A program made the position numbers and the translations under genes. Below are positions 1 through 54,909 of a DNA stretch of 64,000 nt, in pieces. The DNA lies in assembly GCA_965203295.1 (NCBI GenBank), contig CBDBCZ010000013.1, forward strand, positions 192,001 to 256,000. Reading direction: 5' to 3'. The first letter of the stretch is position 1, and each line of letters starts with the position of its first letter. The stretch comes from Nitrospirales bacterium. Its GTDB lineage: Bacteria; Nitrospirota; Nitrospiria; Nitrospirales; UBA8639. The notes beneath the pieces were generated by a model. The model saw only the letters and a list, made by a program, of their open reading frames with translations. It did no database searches and had not been told where the DNA came from.

Positions 1-1
1 A

Positions 2-343
2 CTATCCACGTGGCTCATCGTCGCTGGACCTGTCAAGCCGGCTGTAGTGAGAACAAACAATCTTTCAGACGGTGAAAAGTATGTTGATTAGTAATAAATA
101 CATGTAGCATTAAGCATGATAACATTCGTACATTACATAAAAAAATTAATATCCTTACCAAGGAGTACATCGATTGGTAGGGCGCCGGCGATAGCTATTC
201 CCGAAAAATCTGCAGCATGTGCGTGTATTTACATTGAAAGATTGACCCGAGCAGAAATCCCCTTCGTAGCAAGTTTGAAAGTATGCAGCATTCGCAACGG
301 TGGTAAGTAATCCGACCACCAGTACGCACACCAATATATTCAT
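2..343 (-). CDS. Small secreted cysteine-rich peptide, 74 aa, two exons (343..159 and 41..2)
   Basis: ATG at 343 has A at -3 and is followed by a hydrophobic signal peptide (MNILVCVLVVGLLTTVANA). GTAAGG donor at 158 and TTGTTCTCACTACAG acceptor at 42 join TG|C into a sixth Cys and continue RLDRSSDDEPRG to TAG at 4..2. Mature Cys pattern is C-x5-C-x11-CC-x14-C-x2-C. Confidence 0.8.
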
Positions 344-461
344 CTTAGGTTGCTTTCAGAAGTCGGAATTCTATAGACGTCCAATTCGTTTGGAGGCAGC
401 TCTCTACATGCAGTTCGGATTGATTACTGTTGCGCATGCAGCGCTAGCGTTAGAAACCCCA

Positions 462-469
462 CTTTTATA
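462..469 (-). promoter_or_regulatory. TATA box of the secreted peptide gene
   Basis: TATAAAAG on the minus strand ~120 bp upstream of the ATG at 343, with a CAGT initiator-like sequence about 30 bp downstream. Confidence 0.55.
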
Positions 470-906
470 CTCGTGTGTGTATATGGGCAGAAGCCATTCT
501 TTATGGGCGCATGTGCACGCAAATTAATTTTAATGGACTTGACTTGAAAACTCCTGGACCGTATACGTTTACGTTAGTGACGCGGATATCCGCTTATACT
601 TTATGTATAGTGACCTAGCTATAGCTATATGCTGTTTATTTTCATCTTTAGCTATCTGGTGCATTGGTAATTATGTATGTAGCTCTTTGGAAATTATTCT
701 TTAGAAAAAGAACTTCATAGGTAGACATAATTATTATATATCTCCACATCTCCAAGTCTCCATATTCAACTTGAAATTCAGAGAGCAACTAGCTAGCAGA
801 GAATGGCAACTGAGAGGAAATGTAATTGGTATTACAGTAATGTCTATAGCTTTTCTCAACTCTAGCTAGCTATATAGGCTCTAGCTATATGACAGACAGA
901 TGCATG

Positions 907-1454
907 CAGGTATCCCCCCCAAACACTCCAGCTTCCCCCCCAAAATTTCTGCCAATTAAATTTAATTAAGTGAAAGTAGTGTCAAGAAATGCAACATACA
1001 GTGAGAACATGATAACTTTATTTATGTGCTACTTCCAATGTCCACTTGAGTATGTCTTCACACTTATGTCATGGTTTTGCTACTACTTCCCCATTAAATT
1101 TTGGTTAATTAATAACACTTCTTTTACTGTGGTTCACGTACTACACTAGATGACTTTCGGCAGGGGAAACTTTGACTTACTTGCAATTTTTAAAGGACTT
1201 ACTTGCAATGTATGGTGCACTAGCTAAGAATGTGTCTGTAATACCACAGCTACCAGGACCTCAAAACTGTCTTAAAATACTTCAGAACCACTCTCACAAG
1301 GCTCAAAATTCCAAAATTTTTCTGGGGGCATGCCCCCATACCCCCCTACAAAACTCTGGCCTGTGACCGCAGCCCCGCCCCCCCCCCCCCCCACCCACCA
1401 TCAATTTCAAGCCTGACCTTCTCCCCCAAACTAAAAATTCTAGATAGAACCCTG
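907..1454. mobile_element. Non-autonomous hAT-type element (hAT5-like, 5-bp TSD)
   Basis: CAGG...CCCTG termini flanked by perfect 5-bp direct repeats GCATG (902-906, 1455-1459). Contains an internal GGGGGCATGCCCCC palindrome. The left TIR is partly eroded. Confidence 0.6.
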
Positions 1455-1670
1455 GCATGGTCCCAGAATAGCAACGCAGGAAGAGGGGAAGATACATGCA
1501 GCAAATGGTCTTATATTTGTATCCCACGTCCAGAGCTCCATAATCCTGCCGTAGTTCAATGGAGTCATGTTGAAGAGTTATAGCTATACTGATGTGAAGG
1601 CTGTAGATAACTTAACAACTGTTAATAATCGGACGTGGCAATGCAAAGCAGCAGAGATGCAGACCCAGGA

Positions 1671-2022
1671 CAGGTCCCGGAGGATGATGCAAGAGCCTGG
1701 GATGATGATGATCATTAAAACATGCATGTGCCATATAACCACAGTAAAGGAAGTGTGAATGAAACCAGGAAATACATACAATGACAGGTCCTGAGCTGGA
1801 TGATGCAAGAGCCTGCATGGGGTGATGATCCTAAAACCATTTGTCCTACAATGTATAACCATAGTAAAAGAAGTGTGAATGAAACCAGGAAATACAATGC
1901 AGATCCTGAGGATGATTAAATGATGCAAGAGCAGAGGATGATTATCCTAAATCCATGTGACCATTATAATGTACATGTAATCACAATAAAGGAAGTGTGA
2001 CTAGAAACCAGGCAATACAATA
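1671..2022. repeat. Degenerate tandem repeat, 3 copies of ~115-120 bp
   Basis: Units start CAGGTCC/CAGATCC at ~1671, 1785 and 1900. Each contains ATGATGCAAGAGC and AAGTGTGA..GAAACCAGG.AATACA. Confidence 0.85.
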
Positions 2023-2614
2023 TACATGCAGGGGTGAGGAGTACAACATGGCCATGCAATCTCTCCATAGAGTGACGTAAGTACAACAGGAAAAAGATAC
2101 TAATGAAGGACATGAGATAATTCTACACTCAGCTATGACACAACCATTACAATAGTCTACAGACTAGTATTTACTTTGTAACACTGCTATGAAGTCACTC
2201 CTTAAAATTACTTTTTGCCACCCATGCGTACAATTGATTTGTACAGTAGAGTGCTCTTAAATACCAGGTTAACATGTAGGTGGTGTATGCAGTGTAGTAC
2301 ACGTGCCTCACGAATCCAGAAGCCATACAGGTGCTCAAACCCAGGCCTTCCATGCAGATTTTTTCCATGCACAGCTGCGAGAAAAAAATCTGCGTGGAAA
2401 GCCTGGGTTCGAGCAACTTATAGTCTACTACACTATCTAGCTACATGTACCTACAGGTGCATGGTGAGACACTGCTGCGCTACGTACCTGCATTGTATAG
2501 GTGCATGGTATTGCACTACCTGTAGATGTGATGAGACACAGCTTTGATGTTTAGGAGAGCTTCCCCCCCTCTGTCACCCCAGGTAGTATAGTACTGTGTT
2601 GTGTGTCGTGTGAG

Positions 2615-2703
2615 TAGCCTCGGTCCCAGGCTCTATACTCCCCAGCTTTTTTTTACTATATATGTGCAAAAAAGCTGGGCAGTAGATCCTGGGAACGAGG
2701 CTA
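2615..2703. mobile_element. Palindromic MITE, TAGCCTCG..CCCAGG family (AcademH-like non-autonomous)
   Basis: TIRs TAGCCTCGGTCCCAGG / CCTGGGAACGAGGCTA with degenerate 9-bp TSD TCGTGTGAG/TTATGTGAG. A related eroded copy lies at ~2331-2415. Confidence 0.7.
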
Positions 2704-2911
2704 TTATGTGAGTACAGTTCATAGCGCTGTCTCACTGAATTATCTTCATGACTACATTTTATTTTACAAAATAAACTTTGTATGAACAGCACATTATTCT
2801 ACAGCACTTACACTCCACGGTACACGAATATAAACAAATCATTTGGTTGATAGATTTATATAGCTAGCTGAACACAACTATAACAACATTGCATATAAGT
2901 CTTAAAGGTCT

Positions 2912-9969
<7,058 letters not shown>

Positions 9970-10145
9970 ACTGCACTCCGAATGAGAGGGCGTGGCAGCA
10001 ACATTACGTCATTGTCTCGTGCTCCGCCCCGCCCACGTACTTGGAGCTTCGATAAGCTTATAAGGCGATGGCGACTGCCACGCTTTGAGGCTAGCGCGAA
10101 CTCTCAGAGAATCGAGATATTCAGCGATGTGCTAGTGCAGTAGGT
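9970..10145. promoter_or_regulatory. Probable bidirectional promoter and non-coding first exon shared by the EF-hand gene and the RNF213-like gene
   Basis: CpG-rich patch with CRE/ATF-like ATTACGTCATTG (10003-10014) and tandem GC boxes CCGCCCCGCCC (10024-10034). It lies directly upstream of the minus-strand ATG (9969) and is followed by a plus-strand AG|GTATGA donor at 10144. Confidence 0.55.
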
Positions 10146-11567
10146 ATGATGATTGCAGACGTACTGTGCTAAGGCTAGCAGCGTTTCATGTTAATGACTA
10201 AAGAATAATATCTCTGCCAAATTAAATTTTGCCAACTAGCTACCAGTATTGAAAGGGTTGCGTAATTACTGTTAGGCGAGTTCTTAATGTTAATGGCTGA
10301 TTCGGGCTAGTTAGAGAGAGTCTCCAGACTTCATATATTATCTCTGCATGAGACTTAGTTAGAGGGTAGCTACTGAAATGGGTGTGTCACTAGTACTGAA
10401 ACCTGACACTGATTGTACAGCATGTGCCAGTGCAGCTAAAGATATTCAGGGGGCTTTTGTTTGCTAATCTCAGGGGCAGATAGCTATGAGTGATTGATTA
10501 TAGCAGGTAGCTACTATTGCACAGTAGCTACATGGTCTGGAGAGGGGAGGTCAAAATCCAACGCCACAATGTTTTGTGACTTGCAAGATGTGGAAAACTT
10601 CACTGGTGTTTTAACACATATACATACACTACAGCACTGTTGTCCTTTACTTTCGAGTAGAAGTCTTGCAGCATGAGCCCAGAAGTTATAACTCTGCCTA
10701 GATTGGATTTTTTTTTGTGGGTTCAGCTGGTTTAAATGTTGTGGAGCCTATAAAAGGTTATCAGGATTTGTAGCCACTTGGCGGAATTTGTTTTTGACAT
10801 AGAGTTGGTCTGTGTAGATAAAAAATGTGCCTCATATTCACTGGACTCCACAGGAGAAGTTTTCAAGATGGTAATAACTCTCCCTCAGAACTAAGAAACC
10901 GCATGTGGGGGAAACACGTTGCTGATCAATGAAATTGATTGTGAACGCGTACATGTATATAGCAACAGTTGCATGTGCCGTGATACAGCAAATAACCAGT
11001 CATACAGTAACTTGCCTATAGCCTCTGGCAAGTACGTATGTTTTTGTGTCATATTTTATGTAAAGAAAACTACTGTGCTAGATTGTATACCCCAATCTTG
11101 CAAAGATAAGCCCTCTCCCCTTTTTGCCTGAGAAATTTATCGTATAGGTCCATTTTATCTTGAAACCAAGTGGAATGAGATGACTTTCTAGTCTCTTAAT
11201 TGGTGATTATGATTTGTCATTCTTATATTGATAGATTGTTTGCAAAACGATTTATTGTATTGTAGCTAGGCTTGCTCCCAGGCTCTTGCAGTCGTACTGC
11301 AAGCGTTAAAGCTGGATGAGAGCCTGTTACTGAGGCTATTTATATTGTGCCCTATTACGACTGACTCGGGAGTGTACTTAGTAATGTGGTGGGTGTACTA
11401 TCATGTGAACTGTTCACAATAATGGTGATGGTGTACATGTATTTTCTTGTAAACCGTTGAAAATAAGCCCTCCCCTCTTAGTCTGTGGGGAGCCAGTCAA
11501 ATTCATTGCAGATTACTATGGCATGCAGCTCGAAATTCATCTGGCATGACCTGTTATCTGGTGTGAC

Positions 11568-11609
11568 CTGTTATCTGGTGTGACCTGTTATCTGGCGTGA
11601 CCTGTTATC
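11568..11609. repeat. 17-bp minisatellite TGACCTGTTATCTGGTG, ~4 copies from ~11547
   Basis: Direct reading of 11547-11609. Confidence 0.8.
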
Positions 11610-12433
11610 AATGAAAGTGGTTTACCATTATGGGATATGGAATGTGCAATATCAACTGGGGCTGTACTTGTATAAACTGAGGAGCGATGATATGCAAGGA
11701 GTGCCATACATGTGAGCCAGACACACAATGAAAGGCCTAGTGTTGTCGCTGCAAGTCAACAACCAGCATATACATGTATATAATGTCTGAGTAGTCCGTC
11801 TTAGTCTTGCGTAACTAATATGGCCTAAACTTTGAAAGTTTTGGGTACTGGGTATACAGTGGTAAATATAAATTAGTTCCTATAGCATTTGTCTTTAATC
11901 TTTTAAATTAATGACAGAAATGGCTTTCTGGAGTAAAGTCAATTTTAACTATGTCTAATCACGTGCTATATATTGATACCAGTATGTTTCCCCTGTAGAC
12001 AAGAGTGTGATTGTTTTCATAATTAATCACGCACACTTTTTTAGTTCAACAAAGGCTGTTGATATAGGAGCTACTATAACATACTATTAGCATGGAATAA
12101 CATGCATTCTCATGCTGTTTGGGAATAATTGTAGTAGGCAAATTGCGCTTGCTTCGTTCGTGCAAAGTGCTCATGTTATGTTTCCTGAATCGCACTTGTG
12201 ATTACGCTAATTGAACCCTTGTACCAAAATACTGTAGCTTACTTGCATTCAATTCCATACCTAACCTAGGTGTTTTTTTTAAAGTTGCATAATAAAACTC
12301 CCAAGGAAGCTCCTTTTTTGTTGTATGAACTTAACCTAAATGTAGGACACTTTGCACTCAGAGTTCATAATCCATTCAGAATGTTAACATCAGCATGTTA
12401 ATGAAGTGGTGCTTTATACTTTTGCAGTTAACT

Positions 12434-47986
<35,553 letters not shown>

Positions 47987-48007
47987 GTGATTTGTTGATT
48001 TTGTAGT

Positions 48008-48209
48008 TTATACATGCCCCCTTTTACTTTAAACATGCCCCCGTTTTGTTTTACATCAGTTTACTTTCTACATGCCCCCTTTTGTTTTATATCAGTTTAC
48101 TGTAAACATGCCCCCTTTTTGTTTTACATCAGTTTACTTTATACATGCCCCCCTTTTTGTTTTACATCAGTTTACTTTATACATGCCCCCCTTTTTGTTT
48201 TACATCAGT
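48008..48209. repeat. ~37-bp minisatellite (ACATGCCCCC-T-rich-ACATCAGTTTACTTT), ~5 copies, just 3' of the stop codon
   Basis: Direct reading. Confidence 0.85.
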
Positions 48210-49789
48210 ATTGCAGTAGTTATACATTAATGTATGTATAGAACACAAGAGAACTTTTTTGGTACTGAAAGTTGTACGCTATGCTTTTTAGCTAATTATT
48301 TGCACTTGTACAGCAGCTTACAGTCGTATAATTACCATGATGTGTATTATGTGTAGATGGATAGGGTTTTTAGAAACTGCACAAACCTTGTAGTTTTTTT
48401 CTCACTTGCAAATGTCTTTTGATTAGATTGGTGTGATTTATTAATTCATTATTTCTTCCAGCATGCATGCCTTGATATGAGGTTCTTCTGCCCATGTAGC
48501 TTTACACACGTAGTAAAATAAGCGTTTATTTTACTGCATGTAGTACGTATGTACATGTACATGCAAAAAAGTTGGGCAGAAGAGCCTGGGGACGAGGCTA
48601 TACTGTTCTCATGCATGCACCTAACCCAGGAAGGTTCTAATTGAACCAAAATGCATTATTTTAAGGTCTATGTAATATAATATTATAGAAACAAAATCAA
48701 ATTTTGATTTGCTGCAATAATTCAAGGGCTGAGAACCAGAGTGGCCTAACCCACAAAATTGAACTTATTCCTCCCTGACATGGGAGTACTAGTACTCTTA
48801 AAATGTGTTTCAGGACCTGCTCAAAATTGAAATTTGTAGGGTACGCATATTTGTAACTTCTATTTGATACAATTTCCAGCACTTGATTGTTAGACCACTA
48901 TGGTTCTCTGCCCTTCAAATTATTATAGCTATATGCCATAGTGGTGCTGGATTACGATATATACCTTGTCCTATATATATACATGCAAAAGGGATGTCCA
49001 CGGTCTTAGCTATAATACTATATAAATCTATTACATGTTTTGCATAGTGGGAAGTGACACAATGGCCACACTATATTATAATGGCGCCATTAGGGGAATT
49101 GTAGCAAACTACAGTACGCATAATTATCGCAATGGCTACATGTAGTCTATTTAAATTCGTCAAGCTAAAGCAGACCCCTTCACTAATATAACATGGGCTT
49201 GCTTCAGTCATATAATTATATTACGTGTTGTCTTTCTACATGGCTGCTCTCTTTAGAGGCGCGACTGTTCTGCTTTGCAGAGTATAATATTTAATAGAAG
49301 AATGTGGTCACATTCACCAGGCTAATTTCTAGCATAATCAACATTGTGTTTGCCAGCTTCAGTAAATTTCATTCATCTTTTGCGTCCCACTCCTATCGTC
49401 AGTTCTGTTATTGCTAAAAGCTCTCAAACCTGCGACTCAAATTTTATTGGCTAAAATTTTATAATGGTAGACGTCATTGCAAATCCTACTCCGCTGAAGA
49501 CCCTGTCGCGTATCAACTGATGCTTAAGAGAGATCTGTTGCACACACAATACTATGAGAATGAATGCAATGCCTGAGTACTTGGTACAGCAAGCCTCATC
49601 GCTTGCACCTGCTGTGTTTGTTATGCAGTAATTGACGCTACAAAGTACTGCATACAGCACTGAGTCAAAAGTTCAAGTGAAAATTGCAGGAAATTTGATT
49701 TACTGTACAGGGCTGTAATAGTCAGGAAATTGGTATACAGACAGCCCTGTACATTAAATTTCCTGTAACTTCCTTCAAGATGCACGCGC

Positions 49790-49937
49790 ATTTGCAGCAG
49801 TGACGCATATTACGTCATTGGATTTAATGGGTTAAATGAGCGGCGCCGGGCGGGCAGGTTGCACGTGTACGTCAATAAATGCATGATGTCACGTATAGCT
49901 AATTTTAGCGTTCCGTATTGAGAAGAATACGGAAGGT
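49790..49937 (+). promoter_or_regulatory. Putative promoter and non-coding first exon of the second paralog
   Basis: CpG-rich, with ATTACGTCATTG (49809-49820), a GGGCGGG box, CACGTG, and an AG|GTATGC donor at 49936. Confidence 0.45.
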
Positions 49938-50301
49938 ATGCAGAGGTATACGTACGGTATCTGCCCTAGCCTAGAGAACGTTTTGTAGCTCTACAACCCT
50001 CGAGGGAACGGGTGGGGAAAAACTTTGGCTTGCAAGTATGGAGCTGTGCTGCAGAAGATTGGGTTTGAATGCAGTGGATTCTCAGTAAGCTTGCAAAACA
50101 TTTCGGAAAGATACGGTAAGGTAGCGGTTTTACTACTCAGATTCTAGCTATTTTATTTTAAAAACTGCTAAACTTACACAAGATCATTCGCGGAGCGCTT
50201 TCTTTTCATCATCAGACAGCATAGCCAATTGCATTCCACTGCTGGTGCACGTGATCGCTTCCAACATCCCCGGCCCCCTACCTAGCCCTCGATCGAAGGG
50301 C

Positions 50302-50568
50302 TAGTCTCGTACCCAGCCCCACGTTAAGAAGGTGGGTCTGGCTCCCCGTATATTCAAAGTTGGTGCAGCATTACGTCAGCGGTCCCCAGATCTGGACCGG
50401 CAATGTGATTGTTTACTTATAGTATTACATCACTGAACGGTTGTAGTATCCGGATATCTACGTGAATGGCCACGTGGACACTATCCGTTTGGTGATGTAA
50501 TGTGATGTAACGCTAGCCCAACTTTGAATATGCGGGGAGCCAGACCCACTTTCTAACGTGGGGCTGGG
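50302..50568. mobile_element. Long-TIR MITE of the TAG-terminus type, right terminus truncated
   Basis: TAGTCTCGTACCCAGCCCCACGTTA..GGCTCCCCGTATATTCAAAGTTGG is inverted at ~50518-50568. Confidence 0.7.
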
Positions 50569-52031
50569 CGTCATTGCTCGTTTAGCCACAACCCTGCATG
50601 CACGACTGCTGACGCCTGGGCATGCGTCGTGCGTGCACTGACACACCCATGACGTAATGTACACTGAGTTGAATAATATTAAAGGATATCGTATGATGCC
50701 CTCGGAGGCACGTGATAATCAGTAAAGTAATAGTCTACTAAAACCCCAACCACTTCGCTGTGTGAACCAGTATCAATAGAGCTGAAAAGGAAGGGTCGAT
50801 TTAACTCAAGCGAGGCCTAGGGGTGAGCCAATATGCATGAATCGGTCGTGTTTATAGCCACTATACCATTATGTATCCAATGCATTAGTAGCCTTCCATG
50901 CAAATTCTGCAGAACGTGTTGAGAATGATTATGGGGCTAGCTAGCTCGCACAAGGCAAGCTATTGAAGTCACACAAATGCAAATTAGCATGGTAGATAGC
51001 TAGAGTATATAGTAGCACAGTCCTACACTACTCCCTAGCGCATTGATACTTGAACTAAATTCTTGCTATACATAGCTACTAACTCAGCTTATTTTATGAA
51101 GCTACGGTATTTTAATGCTCAGATTCTGAGATTGGTAAACTTATGCGCACGACTCCTGGAGTTGCTATTACTTTAGGCCATGCTATTTTACATCACGAAT
51201 GAACTCTAGAACCAATAAATGTATGGACTAGTGTGATTGTGTAGTCACACTTTGGTGAGCCCCTACCACTGTAACTGCTTATTGATTAAGTGAGGTAGCT
51301 ACATCAGTGTTCTTGGCACTAGACTAGACTTGGCTTTGTCCAGGACTCTTATCTAGGATATCAATGTAAATTAGGTGCTCGACATTATTTGATGACTTCT
51401 TTTTGAAAAAAAATCATCTGAGTATCCACTGCATTCGAGCAAATCTTGTGTAGCACAGTTCCATGCCTGCAAATTATCCAAGGGAGAATCCTCTCCCGTT
51501 CTGTTAGAGGTTGTAGAGCTACAAAACAGTCTTTAGGCCCAACTCTACATACCTTATGTATTCTTCTCAGTGGAGTGCTATTAGCTATGTGTGACATCAT
51601 GCAATACTGTTACTGAGTGTATAGTCTCCATTTTGAAACTTGCTAGTTATCCATAAGCAGTGGGAGTGCAGGGTCTGGTGTTGGGGGGTGGGGTGGGGTA
51701 GTTGTCCTTAAAAGTTTCCACGTATGTAGGCATAGCCCCCACATTGGCCCATTTCGGAAACTAATGCAATTCCATGATGTCATTTGGAAGACAGCTGATG
51801 GCAAAACCCTTATGTTTCAGGAAGAAGATGTCAGAGGGCCTTATTAAGGTAGCAGTGCGTATAGGAATGTATACAAAATGCCTATAGAATTGCTGCGCTA
51901 GCTGGAAAGGGTAAATCACTTGATTTACCGAAATGTGCATGCCCAAAGTCGCTGCCTTATTGAGGTCCTCTGTTGAGCCCTCAGTCTTTGTGAAAAGTGT
52001 TCACATTCACAGAAATTGCATTTTTCCGTCT

Positions 52032-52167
52032 GCATTGTCCCCCATATGTCGTCACAAGCATTGTCCCCCATATGTCGTCACAAGCATTGTCCCCCATATG
52101 TCGTCACAAGCATTGTCCTCCATATGTCGTCACAAGCATTGTCCCCCATATGTTGTCACAAGCATTG
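52032..52167. repeat. 26-bp minisatellite GCATTGTCCCCCATATGTCGTCACAA x5
   Basis: Head-to-tail near-perfect copies with no spacers. Confidence 0.95.
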
Positions 52168-52801
52168 ACCACAATTGCTGACAGTACCACAGCAATCATT
52201 ACTTGCCTTTGCTGAGATACCACACTCACAGACAACTCTGCAGCAGCGATGCAGCTCTTTCCTCAGTGTGTTAAATCGACTTATTGTACCCTGCCCATGT
52301 TCAGTACGATTTCCCTGTGCTTTCAGTGTGCAAAATAAGGTTTAAATTATGCTAGGTCATTTGGCAGACCAAACTGAATTTTGGTTGGACAATTCTCAAT
52401 TTTGTTTGGACGTATTTTTTGGGCTTGGGGAAGCCATATAGGACGTGATTGCGTTCGGGGTCAAACTCTCTGGGCCATAGGAGCCCGGTCCGCTGTTATA
52501 GCCTAGTTTGCGCGATGTGCTTGCACAAACAAGGATATGATCAGACGGTAGGACCGACCAAGCAACAATTTGCACGGTCATTTCCATGGAATGGTCGGAA
52601 ATTGACTGATGACCGGCTGTTATTTTGTACACTGTGCTTTGTATCTCACCCCCCCCCCCCCCCACACACATGCTCACTTAAAACAGCTTCCCCACCTATG
52701 TATACATGTTACCAACAGTTAATTGAGAGTGAGGTATTTTCGTGAATCAGGCTGTCATGAGAATAGCTACTTGCCTGGAACCATGCATAAGATTACTAAG
52801 C

Positions 52802-52910
52802 TAGCCTCGTTCCCTGGCCTTCACCCCACCTTTGTCTCTTGCAGTACGAAAGGCTATTTTTTTACACACTGCGAAAATAAGCTGCGGTGTGGAGCCTGGG
52901 AACGAGGTTA
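52802..52910. mobile_element. AcademH-like MITE
   Basis: TAGCCTCGTTCCCTGGC...GCCTGGGAACGAGGTTA with TSD TTACTAAGC / TTACTAAAC. Confidence 0.8.
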
Positions 52911-53249
52911 TTACTAAACTGTGAAAAAATTGACTGGTCTTCTAAACAGCTTTAGTATATGTTACTATAGTAACAAGTGTATGGAATAATTTTCATAGAG
53001 TATACCGTATAGCGGGAAATTTTCGCAGGTGCAAATTTTCGCGAAAATGCCGTTTTGGCTTTAGTTTTTATTTTCGCAGTTTTTATTTTCGCGTCGGCAC
53101 GAATAGTTGACCACGCCCCTACATCCTGTCAAGACTAGATCTATATAGCGCCTCTCAACTCGTGTCAAGTGACGGACAGCCGCCTTGTTGCCGTGCATTG
53201 ACGCGTACTTGCCGATCGCTGCCTGTTGCTCGGGTGTGTGCTTCGCATA

Positions 53250-54909
53250 TATGGCACGCCATCCGTATCAAAATTAATACTACGACATCACGACCAAAAT
53301 GCGCGTAGCCAGACGTCACTACGCGTAGCGACGTACGTCACTGCGCGTAGCGAGTAGTGCGTAGCGAGAAGTCACTGCACGTAGCGAGACGTCACTGCGC
53401 GTACTTAACAGTAAAATTAATGCTAACTGTATTGATTACTATGACTGCATACATTCAATAATATTACTGTGCAAAACCAAAAATTATTGCTACTACTTGC
53501 TGATAGAGATTTATGCCGTAGTTGCCATCGTCTGATAATGGATCCACTGCCTGCTGTAATTCATCCATTTCTTCATCAGAGAGCTGAACTGCAGAGCGAG
53601 GAATTGACACCCCTTCTGAATCATCTGGAGTGGGTCCAGATCCATCTTCATCAATTCCATAATCTTCATCAACCTGGTCAAAGAAGTCGACTGCAATTAG
53701 CTGTGATCTTTGTAATCGTAGGGCACCAGCTGTAAACAGCTGATTGGGTGACATACCAGATTCAGTTCGAATTCCATGGCTGTTCCAGCCTTGAGAAAAT
53801 AATCTCAGGGCCCTGTTTATACGTGGTAGGTATATGTAATGGATTGCAAACAAATGGTGTTCATTAGTGGGGTCAAGTAGAGTTTGGTACTCTAAGTAAT
53901 AGAATAGACGATAAAAATAATGTTCTTGTCACACATCTATGCATATCTCGCCAAAAACGCTCAATCCTTTGGTTGTGCACAGAGCTTCCAACTATAACAC
54001 TGCGTCGTTCTGCTCCACAATGATGTATCATGTGCTGAGCCACAAGGACGTTCTCTCCACCCTGGTCACAGCGCACTCGTGATGGCAAACCATGCATACT
54101 GCATTTGCTGGTCTAGGGCATGCAGCCTTCTTTTTTGCCTTCTGAGCAGATGCCACACATTGAGCAGTAGGATCAAATGCCTGAGGGGGTCGCTTGTGGC
54201 TTGTAGTAGATGGAAACAGCTGTGCTAGCGTTTTTGCTTCTACTTCTGTAGGTTTCTTTACTCTTGTCAAGATACTTTCAGCCCTAGAAGTCAGTTCTTG
54301 GACCTATTATTGCAACAAATACGCTATAAAACAATTAAAATATATTGTAATATATAGTGGCTCAAGTACCTTCACTGGAGACTCCACAGGCTTAGGAACA
54401 ACTGTTATTCGGTCTCCTTCCTTTACTTCTTTTGCACTGCTTACATCAATAAACATACCCCACCTTTCCGACCACCGTTGCAGTAGGTAAACGGGCTGCT
54501 CACTGCGATTGACGGCGCTACTGCTCGTTTCCGGCTCCCCGAAAGTAACCCTGCCATTCCATCCAGTCCTCTGTAACTCCCTTTCAACAAAATCGCATAT
54601 CGCACTGTCAGCTGGCACCTCTAACTGGCGACGGGAGGACTTCTATTCCAGTAAGATATCCATACACGGACCTCTCTCTCGTTGAAGAAACTGTATTGCG
54701 CATGCGTGAGCGTTAATTTTACTGTTGAGTACGCGCAGTGGCGTCTCGCTACGTGCAGTGACTTCTCGCTACGCGCTGTGACTTCTCGCTACGCGCAGTG
54801 ACTTCTCGCTACGCGCAGTGACGTACGTCGCTACGCGTAGTGACGTGTGGCTACGCGCATTTTGGTCGTGATGTCGTAGTATTAATTTTGATACGGATGG
54901 CGTGCCATA
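53250..54909 (-). mobile_element. IS3EU-type DNA transposon, internally deleted
   Basis: TATGGCACGCC...GGCGTGCCATA termini with ~175-200-bp TIRs containing GTCACTGCGCGTAGCGA subrepeats. Perfect 6-bp TSD CGCATA (53244-53249, 54910-54915). TAY..RTA termini, 6-bp TSD and an integrase core match IS3EU. Confidence 0.8.
53464..54097 (-). pseudogene. C-terminal fragment of a DDE integrase-core transposase, frameshifted
   Basis: [31 protein letters not shown], then a frameshift near 53915 to [54 protein letters not shown]. The N-terminal part, including the first catalytic Asp, is deleted. Confidence 0.85.

Noticed and set aside
10818..11131. Possible coding exon between the promoter and the MSEG start
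   Set aside because: In-frame stop at ~10892 and no recognisable motif; more likely intron or 5' UTR.
52032..52167. 26-bp repeats that could be mistaken for a CRISPR array (also 48008-48209 and 11547-11609)
   Set aside because: Units are head-to-tail with no unique spacers, no cas genes are present, and the context is eukaryotic.
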